Assembly: GCA_038848695.1 (NCBI GenBank)
Contig: JAWCNL010000008.1
Location: 26,353-90,352 of the forward strand
Direction: 5' to 3'
Source: Candidatus Bathyarchaeia archaeon
Lineage (GTDB): Archaea > Thermoproteota > Bathyarchaeia > Bathyarchaeales > Bathycorpusculaceae
Length of the DNA: 64,000 nucleotides
In this document: piece after piece, positions 1 to 9,447 of the stretch
Position numbering within the stretch: the stretch's first letter is position 1
How the letters are laid out: each line of letters opens with the position of its first letter
Made by a program: the position numbers and the translations under genes
The notes under the pieces: generated by a model
Told to the model about the DNA's origin: nothing
The model's database searches: none
The model's input: only the letters and a program-made list of their open reading frames with translations

Positions 1-117
1 GCAGTCTGCTCTGAATGCGGTCAGGAATGTGAAGTTCCATTCAAACCTGACCCGAACAGGCCTGTTTACTGCCGGGAGTGCTGGTCAAAGAAGCGACCGC
101 CAAAAAGACGCTACTAA
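1..117 (+). CDS. C-terminal fragment of a CxxC-x17-CxxC zinc-ribbon protein (5' end outside window)
   Basis: Frame 1 is open from base 1 to TAA at 115-117: AVCSECGQECEVPFKPDPNRPVYCRECWSKKRPPKRRY. There are 17 residues between the CSEC and CREC pairs, followed by a basic tail. Confidence 0.55.
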   Translation, partial: AVCSECGQECEVPFKPDPNRPVYCRECWSKKRPPKRRY

Positions 118-246
118 GCTTTTAACGCTTAAACACGTAACCAGTTTTTATTCCGTATTTTTTCAAGGTATTTGGTTTAACAAGTTTTGTTCTGTGAACA
201 AAAACCTAAATATCAAAGAACTGCTCTATGCATTCAGACTGCATGC

Positions 247-323
247 GGGCCGGTAGTTCAGTTGGTATGAACGCCTGACTTGCACTCAGGAGGTCTGGGG
301 TTCAAATCCCCACCGGTCCACCA
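247..323 (+). tRNA. tRNA-Ala (anticodon UGC), CCA encoded
   Basis: Hand-folded cloverleaf: acceptor gggccgg/ccggtcc with a G3:U70 pair, D stem gttc/gaac, anticodon stem cctga/tcagg with loop cttgcac, T stem tgggg/cccca with ttcaaat loop, discriminator A, then CCA. Confidence 0.9.
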
Positions 324-392
324 CTACGCTGACTTCTACTCAACCAAATTGTTTATATGCGCTGGTAACTATTCTTAATTCGGTGATTTTGG

Positions 393-626
393 TTGGAAGT
401 GGAAATTAAAAGCGTAGATGACCAAGGGAGAATTTTATTACCAAAAACTTGGCGAGATAGGTATCTTAAGGGTAAAAAGGCGATTATTATATCGAGAGGC
501 GAAGTTATTGAGGTACGGCCGTTCGCTAAGCCTGATTTGGCACAGTACTTTGACAAGGTTGAGGTGGACTTGAAGTCGGATCTCTCTGAGTGGCATAAAG
601 TTCGCAAGGAACTACGGAGACTTTAG
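393..626 (+). CDS. vapB: AbrB/SpoVT-fold antitoxin (VapB-like)
   Basis: 77-aa ORF with the typical N-terminal swapped-hairpin motif (DDQGRILLPKTWRD). Its stop lies 2 nt before the PIN gene. Confidence 0.7.
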   Translation: MEVEIKSVDDQGRILLPKTWRDRYLKGKKAIIISRGEVIEVRPFAKPDLAQYFDKVEVDLKSDLSEWHKVRKELRRL

Positions 627-628
627 CG

Positions 629-1054
629 TTGCCTACCGCATTCGTGGATGCAAGCGTATTTGTTTACGCTTTTTTGAAAACGAAGAGAAAGCTGCAGCCT
701 CATGAAGCAAGCATTAAGGAGGCAGCGCAGAAAATCGTCTTGAGAATCAATGAAGGTGAGGAGGCGGCAACTTCGACTGTTCATTTCAGCGAAGTCTGTA
801 ATGTTTTAGACGATCATCTTCCCGTTGAGGAAGCACTTGCAATAGAAAAAAGTTTGCTATTTCTAGACAACATTGTGATTTACAAAGTCTCTAAAGAAGA
901 CTACCTGAAAGCGTTGTCGATTGCGGAGGAGCAGCAAGTCGGCGTCAATGATACGCTGGCATACGTGCTCATGAAAGAGGCAGGACTTAACAGGATTTAC
1001 TCTTTTGATAAAGACTTTGATTTATTCAAAGACATCAAGAGAATCATTGAATAG
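629..1054 (+). CDS. vapC: PIN-domain ribonuclease toxin (VapC-like)
   Basis: 141 aa with an N-terminal FVDASVF acidic motif, internal E/D residues and a C-terminal SFDKDF motif typical of PIN. Tightly coupled to the upstream antitoxin. TTG start. Confidence 0.75.
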   Translation: MPTAFVDASVFVYAFLKTKRKLQPHEASIKEAAQKIVLRINEGEEAATSTVHFSEVCNVLDDHLPVEEALAIEKSLLFLDNIVIYKVSKEDYLKALSIAEEQQVGVNDTLAYVLMKEAGLNRIYSFDKDFDLFKDIKRIIE

Positions 1055-1063
1055 TTTAATGTA

Positions 1064-1135
1064 AACGCCTAACTTGCACTCAGGAGGTCTGGAGTTCGAA
1101 TCCCAGCCGAGCCGCTATCACGCTAACTTCTCAAC
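1064..1135 (+). pseudogene. tRNA-Ala 3'-half remnant (att-like direct repeat)
   Basis: aacgcctaacttgcactcaggaggtctggagttcgaatcccagccgagccgc... aligns with tRNA-Ala positions 270-344, including the anticodon loop cttgcac, the T arm and the trailer. There is no 5' half, so it is not a functional tRNA. Confidence 0.7.
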
Positions 1136-1227
1136 AAGTTCTATAGCATGTCCAAATTTGCAGAAGCCTAACCTCACTGTGTTTCAGTGATAAGCAAAAA
1201 TGCGAAGCATGGAGTAAAACCGCTAGT

Positions 1228-1279
1228 GCCTTCATATTTGCCGCCTATTAGAGATTCATTGCAGAAAGCTATAGAGGGT
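1228..1279 (+). repeat. 52-nt conserved intergenic element, copy 1
   Basis: gccttcatatttgccgcctattagagattcattgcagaaagctatagagggt is 49/52 identical to 39765-39816 in the same orientation. A hairpin (agaggg/ccctct) and a T run follow. Confidence 0.7.
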
Positions 1280-1529
1280 AGGTCTAAGGCCCTCTTTTCA
1301 GAACTATTTAAAGAGCTTGTGCATACGAGACGCTATAAACTGCGCCGAGCATAACAGCATCACGACATTATGCGGCTGAATTATGTGCAAGAGCCTGTTG
1401 AATACGCTGGCTTTTGGTTTTCCAATCAAGTGCTTGTGATAATCAATGCCTTGTTCTCTGGGAAGAACAGGTTGTTCCGTAGAGAGAGTATTAAGCCTCT
1501 TAGCATTTGAAGAGAATCAGGTGATCCAC

Positions 1530-1994
1530 ATGGATAAGCGAGGCAAGGGCCTTTTTGCTGTTACTCTCCTTCTTCTATTAGTAACGGTTTCATGTGCCGC
1601 TTATTCTTTGACGCTTCATCTGGGATTGCTTCAGAAAGACTCGAGAATAGACGAGTTAAGCAGATTAAATACTGAACTTAAGAAGCAGTTAGATGCCCAG
1701 CAGAAACCCTATCTGGTCACATCTCTCGGTGTTTCAGTAGAGCCGAGAAATGTTACTTATCCTCATCCTCACTTCACATTTGAAGGTGTAGTTTTCAATG
1801 TCGGCTGCAGAACCGCGTATAATGCGAGGCTAGAAATCGCTGCATATTACAAAAACGGGCTTTCAGCTTTCAACCTATCAATCCCCTTGGGAAATCTGGA
1901 AAAATGGCAGGTAATACAAGTAAACAGGATAATCGCCACTTCTGACTGGATAGGCAACTACACTATTACTCCAGTCTGGGATGACTTCTCATAG
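1530..1994 (+). CDS. Hypothetical membrane-anchored protein
   Basis: ATG at 1530 gives MDKRGKGLFAVTLLLLLVTVSCAAYSL, an N-terminal TM helix, followed by a short coiled-coil-like stretch. The ORF is open from 1446. No family recognised. Confidence 0.55.
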   Translation: MDKRGKGLFAVTLLLLLVTVSCAAYSLTLHLGLLQKDSRIDELSRLNTELKKQLDAQQKPYLVTSLGVSVEPRNVTYPHPHFTFEGVVFNVGCRTAYNARLEIAAYYKNGLSAFNLSIPLGNLEKWQVIQVNRIIATSDWIGNYTITPVWDDFS

Positions 1995-2075
1995 AAAAAG
2001 CGAAGAAGCACTATAAAACATCTTTAACCGCTGCTGGTGCATTTATAAAAATATCCAATAGGGCAAAATGTGGCT

Positions 2076-2507
2076 TCAGTGAATGTAAGTCAGGTTTTTG
2101 TTCTGGTTCTCCCTGATTTCCTTCAACGCTTCGTACTGCGCTTCCAAAAGAATCTTTAACGCATCAATGTTCTTTTTCACGTCCTCAAGCTCAGCAGTCT
2201 TCTGAAGAACCCCTGACTGCACAAGCTGATTATTGATGTTGTCAACGGCTATCTGCAGCACTTTCGCTTTGAAAGCAAATATCTGAAGAACATAAAGCAA
2301 ACTCAGCTGAGACGACAACCGCTCCAAACGGTCTAATTCAAGCGTCTTCCTCATAAAAGCCTTAATCTTCTGCTCTTCAGTTGCCCCTTCCGTTTTGAGC
2401 AGCGCCTCATAAGCAGCTGCATACTTCTGCGCCGCTTCCTTGCTTTCATCAAGAGCCTTCTGGATTCTCTTGGCGGTTTTATCTAGCATCTCTAAAACTT
2501 CATCCAA
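2076..2507 (-). CDS. Hypothetical all-helical/coiled-coil protein
   Basis: 143-aa ORF with a heptad-like, charged composition. No family recognised. Confidence 0.5.
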   Translation of the reverse strand: MDEVLEMLDKTAKRIQKALDESKEAAQKYAAAYEALLKTEGATEEQKIKAFMRKTLELDRLERLSSQLSLLYVLQIFAFKAKVLQIAVDNINNQLVQSGVLQKTAELEDVKKNIDALKILLEAQYEALKEIRENQNKNLTYIH

Positions 2508-2672
2508 ACCTTAAGCCCTCTTTGTTGCCTCTCTAAATGATTTAAGATGCTTTTCAATTTTTCTCCGTTCCAATGCAAAAACAAGAATGACAACTTCATG
2601 CCATTTTTAATAAATTTTAAAAAAGCAGGTGGTGCTTAAAAGCGATTTGACGCTTTAACGCGTGAAATCTGC

Positions 2673-3095
2673 CTACTTCGAAGGACGATACAGCTCTTTC
2701 ATCGCAGGCAGCAGCTCTGGAACATTAAACGCTATATCCAGATAGGTAAGCATGCCCACGAGTTTGCCGTTTCTGGTTACCGGTAAATGCTTGATTTTCC
2801 ATTCTTTCATCAGCTTGGCTGCTTCTTCCACCGTTGCAGTCTCTTCAATCGTCACCAGCGGGTTAGTGTATATGGCTCTGGCGATAACTACGCTTGGATC
2901 TAACCCTTGAGTTAGCATCCGCACTATAATATCATGCTCTGTTATGATGCCAGTCGGTTGCCCACTCTGCTCCACCATCACATAGTCAACGTCGCAGCTT
3001 GCCATCCTCTTCACAATTTCCAGCACTGTAGACTCGTTCCGGAAAACATTAACCTTCGTAGACATCAAATCCTTCACTAAGATTTTACTTGTCAT
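2673..3095 (-). CDS. CBS-domain pair protein
   Basis: 140 aa containing two CBS repeats (GIITEHDI... and GMLTYLDI...). Confidence 0.8.
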   Translation of the reverse strand: MTSKILVKDLMSTKVNVFRNESTVLEIVKRMASCDVDYVMVEQSGQPTGIITEHDIIVRMLTQGLDPSVVIARAIYTNPLVTIEETATVEEAAKLMKEWKIKHLPVTRNGKLVGMLTYLDIAFNVPELLPAMKELYRPSK

Positions 3096-3318
3096 GCAAT
3101 TTTTCTCCTGGTGCTATGACAAATGCCCTTTGGCATTTATCTATTTTTTGTTTGCGCATCAAACATTTTATTAAGATATTTCTAAGCTGTGAAATTTTTG
3201 CTGCTTCAAAACGCAAAATAAATTTCAGAAGACTAATAGTAAAACTTCTAACAAAATAAAAGGGTACTTAGTGATTTACATCATCCACTTTGGTGTTGCA
3301 CAGGCTTTACTTGAAGGC

Positions 3319-4293
3319 TTAGCCTACGATTTTTTCCCAGCTGGCGAAGAAGTCTAATACTTCTTGGCATCCGTAGGTGCGTAGTCTCTGTCTCAGCTCA
3401 ACCTTGTCCACTACTGCCTTCTGGAAGTCATAGATCTGGCTAGCTTTGTCTGCAAGATACAATATTCCATCGATGCCTGTTCTTCCTGCACGAACTGAAA
3501 GCGTTATCAGCTCGCTTGGCGAAGGCACTTCGCGTGGGTCGTCCCCTGGACCGAAAACGTAAAAGCTAACGTAGACAGGCTTCTTAAGTAGCTTCTTAAA
3601 GGCTCTGCAAAGCATCTCCCAGTACCATGGAGTCGCATAGTTCTTTGAGAACATGACAACGTTGAACGCGTCAGCGTATGGTGCAAGAGCATCGAAATCA
3701 ATGCCGAAGCGCTCGTAAGAGTTCACTGGGTCAGGAAGCAAACCTATTACTAACTCGTTTTTTACGCGTTCTCTGATTTGGGCAATGTAGTCTGTGACTT
3801 CTTTTTTGCGCCACTCAAACCAGCTGAGCCCGCTTTTCTTCCACAGTTCGTTGCAGCGTGGGCAAGTGCAGTGTCCATGATCAGCAAAGTGTATGCTGTT
3901 CAGCCAAACTCCCGGCGAACGCTTGGAAACATCTTCGATGTAGTCAAGCTGTTCCGCTCTGTGTTCTGGCTGTGTGTGGCAGAGAACGTCCCAGCGCAGG
4001 TTAAATTGGTCATTTGTTCTCCAAGCAGGGCCAAGAGGCGACTGCGAAATCCAGTCTGGATGATTTCGTGCAGTGACGTTATCTCCGAAAATTGCAACGT
4101 TGCTGTACATGTCTGGTACAGGCGGTAATCGCCTGCCAACTTCTGGTTTTACACGGAACAAATGGAAGTCAAAGCCTTCAGCCTTCTTTGGCTCAAATAC
4201 GTATGTACCGAATTTCAAATGTTTCCACCTTTTTAGAAATGCAAAATGCTGGGCAATGTAATAAAGTTTTGCATAATCAACCCTCAAATTCAC
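3319..4293 (-). CDS. Hypothetical protein, possibly a TIM-barrel hydrolase-like fold
   Basis: 324-aa ORF with clean coding appearance and an HGHCTCPRC motif. The family is not confidently recognised. Confidence 0.5.
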   Translation of the reverse strand: MNLRVDYAKLYYIAQHFAFLKRWKHLKFGTYVFEPKKAEGFDFHLFRVKPEVGRRLPPVPDMYSNVAIFGDNVTARNHPDWISQSPLGPAWRTNDQFNLRWDVLCHTQPEHRAEQLDYIEDVSKRSPGVWLNSIHFADHGHCTCPRCNELWKKSGLSWFEWRKKEVTDYIAQIRERVKNELVIGLLPDPVNSYERFGIDFDALAPYADAFNVVMFSKNYATPWYWEMLCRAFKKLLKKPVYVSFYVFGPGDDPREVPSPSELITLSVRAGRTGIDGILYLADKASQIYDFQKAVVDKVELRQRLRTYGCQEVLDFFASWEKIVG

Positions 4294-4512
4294 TCAAAAA
4301 CAATCTGCGGCATATAACTTGGTTGAACAGTCGCTTTCCATGCGATTATACAGTTAACTGATTAAAGTTTACTTTGATAGTATGCGCTGTGGCAGTCTTT
4401 TTTAAGTATTCTTGGCGCATCCTACTGCAACATGCGGCTTAAGCGCTTTCAGTCGGAAAATTAATTAAGATAATATATGTGATTACTCCATGCCTAACAA
4501 TGGTGATTATAA

Positions 4513-5532
<1,020 letters not shown>

Positions 5533-5611
5533 GAAGGCTTCAAACGCAACTTAAACTTTAAAAGCCCTCTTCCTATTTTTCTTTTGACCTAAAAAATGAA
5601 AGTGATGTGGT

Positions 5612-6844
5612 ATGGCAAAGTACCTAACTTTAGATGATGTTCAAGTCAAAGACAAAGTCGTTCTCGTCAGAGTAGACTTCAACAGTGAAATTGACCCAGC
5701 CACCAAAAAAGTCACAAGCGACGTACGCATCCGAGCACACGCTGAAACCACACTTAAGGAACTCGCGGAAAAAGGCGCAAAAACCGTTGTCCTCGCCCAT
5801 CAGGGACGAAAAGGCGACCCTGACTACACGCCTCTTAAGGAGCATGCGGAAATTCTCGGGAAAATCTTGAAATGCCCCGTGAAGTACGTGGATGATGTTT
5901 TCGGCGAAAAAGCAAAAAAAGCGATAAAAGCGCTGAAAGGCGGCGAAATTCTCGTTCTCGAAAACGTGCGTAGCTGGGACGGAGAAACCAAAAGCGGCAC
6001 ACCCGAACAGCACGCCAAAACCGAACTAGTGCAGAATCTCGCGCCGCTGGCAGACCTATTCGTTAATGACGCTTTCGCCGCGGCTCACCGTGGCCACGTT
6101 TCCATGGTAGGCTTTACCGCCGTGCTTCCTTCCGTTGCAGGCCGAATAATGGAGCGCGAGTTGAAGTCACTGGCGCGCGCCTTAGAGAAGCCTGAAAAAC
6201 CATGCGTATACGTCATGGGCGGCGCCAAAGCAGACGACTCATTAGAAATCAGCAAATACGTGCTAAGCAACGGCATCGCAGATTACGTAATAGTTGGCGG
6301 CGTAACAGCACAATTATTCCTTGCAGCTAAAGGCGTGGACTTAGGCAAGAAGAACATGGACTTCCTCGCGAAGAAGGAGTTAACCGGCTTGATTCCAGGC
6401 ATCAAAGAGCTCATGCAAAAGTATCCAGACAAAATCATGGTACCTGTTGACGTCGCGCTGGACGTGAATGGTAAAAGGAAAGAAATAGGCGTGGACAAGC
6501 TGCCAACAGAATACTCAATTTTCGACATAGGCGCGAAGACAGTGGAGAACTACGCGAAGCTTATCAGCAAAGCCAAATCTATAGTCGTCAGCGGCCCAAT
6601 GGGCGTATATGAAAACAAAGAATTCAATTATGGCACCAAGAAAGTTTTCGAAGCAATCGCCAACTCGAAAGCTTTCAGCCTAGCAGGCGGCGGAAACACC
6701 ATCGCAGCCATACAAGAATACGGCTTAACAAGCAAAATCAGCTACATCAGCACCGCAGGCGGCGCATTAATCGAGTTCCTTATGGGCAAGAAACTCCCAG
6801 GCGTCGTAGCACTGGAAAACGCCGTTAAAACCAAAAAAATCTAA
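5612..6844 (+). CDS. pgk: Phosphoglycerate kinase (archaeal type)
   Basis: 410 aa with RVDFNS, LAHQGRKG and C-terminal STAGGA(L)IEFL motifs. Confidence 0.9.
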   Translation: MAKYLTLDDVQVKDKVVLVRVDFNSEIDPATKKVTSDVRIRAHAETTLKELAEKGAKTVVLAHQGRKGDPDYTPLKEHAEILGKILKCPVKYVDDVFGEKAKKAIKALKGGEILVLENVRSWDGETKSGTPEQHAKTELVQNLAPLADLFVNDAFAAAHRGHVSMVGFTAVLPSVAGRIMERELKSLARALEKPEKPCVYVMGGAKADDSLEISKYVLSNGIADYVIVGGVTAQLFLAAKGVDLGKKNMDFLAKKELTGLIPGIKELMQKYPDKIMVPVDVALDVNGKRKEIGVDKLPTEYSIFDIGAKTVENYAKLISKAKSIVVSGPMGVYENKEFNYGTKKVFEAIANSKAFSLAGGGNTIAAIQEYGLTSKISYISTAGGALIEFLMGKKLPGVVALENAVKTKKI

Positions 6845-6936
6845 TCTTCTCCTTCCTTTTTATTTTATCCTTCCTTTTATACCCGAAGCATGCATTTTCG
6901 CTATTATTAAATCCTTAAAACACATTCTTTAAACCG

Positions 6937-7770
6937 GTGAAGCAAATGCAAGACACAGCTTCCGGTAGCAAACAGTATCATATTGCATGCGCAAGAGGCG
7001 ACTTAGCTGAGTATCTGCTGGTTCCAGGCGACCCAGATCGCGTTCCAAAAATCGCCCGCTTCTGGGACACCGCAAAAGAAGTTTCCGCCAAACGAGAATT
7101 CCGCAGCTACACAGGCACGTACAAAGGCATTGCCATTTCCGCGCTATCCAGCGGCATAGGCCCCGCATGCATGTCCATCGCTGTAAACGAGGCATCCGCC
7201 ATCGGTGCGCACACGTTCATCAGAGTAGGCAGCACAGGCGCCCTACAGCCCGGCATCAACTGCGGCGACGTCATCATTGCGTCTGCGGCGGTGCGCTTGG
7301 ACTACACAAGCAGCTGCTACATCATGCCAGAATATCCTGCCGCAGCAAACTATGAAGTTCTGCTTGCGCTTATCGAGGCCGCCGAAACTCTCGGCATCGC
7401 GAATTATCATGTTGGCTTAACGGCGACAACAGCAGACTTCTACGCAGGCCAAGGCCGCTCCAGCGCGCTTTGCGAAACATGCGAAATGACCAACTTAATG
7501 CCCAAGCTGCAGAAAGCGCGTGTGCTTAATGTGGAAATGGAAACCGCAACCCTCTACACGCTAGCCAGCCTTTTCGGGCTACGTGCGGGCGCAGTGCTCG
7601 CCGTGTATAACAGCCACTTCACAGGCGAGTTTAAGGCTGGCGCAGGCGAAGAAAACGCCATAAAAATCGCCAATGAAGCCGTGAAAATCCTATCTGAATG
7701 GGACGCGAAGAAAAAGAAAAGTAAGAAGCAATGGCTTTTCCCTTCAATGCTAACTTCAAGTGCGGAATGA
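6937..7770 (+). CDS. udp: Uridine phosphorylase (PNP/UDP-1 family)
   Basis: PGDPDRVPKIA, REF..YTG, SSGIGPACMSIAVNE, RVGSTGALQP and NVEMETATL closely parallel E. coli Udp motifs. Confidence 0.8.
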   Translation: MKQMQDTASGSKQYHIACARGDLAEYLLVPGDPDRVPKIARFWDTAKEVSAKREFRSYTGTYKGIAISALSSGIGPACMSIAVNEASAIGAHTFIRVGSTGALQPGINCGDVIIASAAVRLDYTSSCYIMPEYPAAANYEVLLALIEAAETLGIANYHVGLTATTADFYAGQGRSSALCETCEMTNLMPKLQKARVLNVEMETATLYTLASLFGLRAGAVLAVYNSHFTGEFKAGAGEENAIKIANEAVKILSEWDAKKKKSKKQWLFPSMLTSSAE

Positions 7771-7806
7771 AAACTCTTTTAGATGCGACCGCAATTTTTT
7801 AATTAA

Positions 7807-7928
7807 GCCGGGGTGGCGGAGTGGTTATCGCGCTGGCCTCGAGATCAGTGCAGGCGTACATGGGGCCTAAGACAAGCCAGCCAGTGGGCCTTTGGCTCGC
7901 AGGGGTTCGAATCCCTTCCCCGGCGCCA
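7807..7928 (+). tRNA. tRNA-Ser (anticodon CGA) with an intron of about 31 nt at the canonical 37/38 position, CCA encoded
   Basis: Acceptor gccgggg/ccccggc, D stem gcg/cgc, anticodon stem ctggc(7833-7837)/gccag(7876-7880) with loop c-t-CGA-g-[intron about 7844-7874]-a, long variable arm gggcc-ttt-ggctc, T stem agggg/ccctt, discriminator G. Confidence 0.8.
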
Positions 7929-8343
7929 CCCTTTCGGGTAAAAATCCCTTCCTTCACTTTTTAATTATCAGAAACTTTTCTCTATAAGGAAAAGTGGCTG
8001 CGATATGGATATATGATTACCCGCAGCGGATACAACGCTGCAAACGCTCAATAGTATCGTTCGGCACAAGGGGTGCGCTGGCGCGAGTGAACGAGGCCCG
8101 ATAAGAAGTTAAATGCGTATGCTGGTGCGCTATGCAAGTGTGGTTGTTGCATGCGTGAAGCACGTGGGTCCTCTGAGGTAGCGTGGATTAAGCTAAGGGT
8201 GAGTGGCTTTTGTCAGGGAAGGAGTTTGAGGCTCTATTGTGCGCTGCAAATAATCATGCAATAAGGTTTTGCTGTACGTGCTGTTCGAGGGCGTACTTAG
8301 GGTCGGAAAAGATTAATCTAACAAGACAAGATAGCTAAAAAAG

Positions 8344-8640
8344 CTATGTTCGCGGCTGTAGTCGTGGGAATTTAAGTTGCCCTATGTACTTAATTATCCA
8401 TTGTACAAGCTCGTCATATGCTTCTGATCCAGCCTTAGTTAAAACGACCAAGCCTTTTTCATCAATTACAACGAAGCCCTTCTTTGACATCCAAGCCAAA
8501 TACTTGATCAACTTGTCATAGGCTAGTCCAGTGGAAGTGGCAAGCGCGGTTTTGTTAATGCTCTTTTTTTCCTTGAGAGCCTTTATAATTCGGGCAATGA
8601 CGTATATGTCAGGTTTAAAAATTTGTACTTCTGAGTTCAT
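8344..8640 (-). CDS. Winged-helix DNA-binding protein
   Basis: 98 aa. INKTALATSTGLAYDKLIKYLAWMSKKGFV fits an HTH followed by a wing. Overlaps the upstream membrane-protein gene. Confidence 0.6.
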   Translation of the reverse strand: MNSEVQIFKPDIYVIARIIKALKEKKSINKTALATSTGLAYDKLIKYLAWMSKKGFVVIDEKGLVVLTKAGSEAYDELVQWIIKYIGQLKFPRLQPRT

Positions 8641-9313
8641 GGCTAAATCTCTGCAGCTCCCAATATAGCCTGTCTATCGCTCGGATTTCATTAAAACGTC
8701 TTGAAAGGTCTTTTCTCAAATACAAGAAAGTAATGAGAAGAGCGCAGTGAAACGAAGCATAACCAAGTGCACCTAGTCGATGCAGGGCTATATAGGTAAT
8801 AAAATTAAACACAAAACCTAGTATAAAGAAGGATATGAACCCGTAGGCTGCTCCTTTTACTAGGCCATACATGACATAACCCAATCTGCCTGAAGAAACA
8901 ACATCAAAGGTCTCATCTAAATCTATTTCCGACAAGATTTTTAGTGCTGAAGGAAACCCCTGTGAAAGCTCATCTTTCCACTCGCCAGTCTTGACTGCAT
9001 TTACTTTACTTCTAACAAGAAGAATACCTATTGCGACTCCTACTGCTGGAATAAGTACTATAGGAAATGTCACAAAAAACCGTTGAAATTCATTGAATGT
9101 GATTAAAAAACTCGAATAAGCAACTAAATTGTAAACTACTATGCAAATTATGATAGAGCTAACAACGATCGATGTAAACATTTTTAAATGCCTTGCTAAA
9201 ACCCCGTATTTCTTGATTTTGTCAAGAGTTTCCATTAACTCAGCAACTTTCGCGACGACACTTTCCTCTGTCAGTTTTGAATTATCTTTTTCTTTCATTT
9301 TTCTCACAAACAT
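8615..9313 (-). CDS. Hypothetical integral membrane protein (about 4 TM)
   Basis: 232 aa with several long hydrophobic segments. No family recognised. Confidence 0.55.
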   Translation of the reverse strand: MFVRKMKEKDNSKLTEESVVAKVAELMETLDKIKKYGVLARHLKMFTSIVVSSIIICIVVYNLVAYSSFLITFNEFQRFFVTFPIVLIPAVGVAIGILLVRSKVNAVKTGEWKDELSQGFPSALKILSEIDLDETFDVVSSGRLGYVMYGLVKGAAYGFISFFILGFVFNFITYIALHRLGALGYASFHCALLITFLYLRKDLSRRFNEIRAIDRLYWELQRFSHELRSTNF

Positions 9314-9447
9314 CTTCTGATGATTTAGCTGTTAAAAAACTTTGGTGCGTTTGAAGCTAATTTAAATTTAACTCCCTTCCAATGAGCCAAACTAATTAGC
9401 TTACACGCTAAACAATTAGAAACGTAAAATTAAGGAGAAAAAGAAAA

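Larger units (their letters stand above)
324..1063 (+). mobile_element. Remnant integrated cassette carrying only vapBC, between tRNA-Ala and a duplicated tRNA-Ala 3' half
   Basis: Imperfect direct repeats of about 72 nt (270-344 and 1064-1135) cover the anticodon stem to about 20 nt past the tRNA 3' end. No integrase lies between them. Confidence 0.4.

Noticed and set aside
3507-4361. Several 60-116 aa ORFs on both strands overlapping the 324-aa gene at 3319-4293.
   Set aside because: The single long - strand ORF explains the region. The others are short, overlapping and compositionally implausible.
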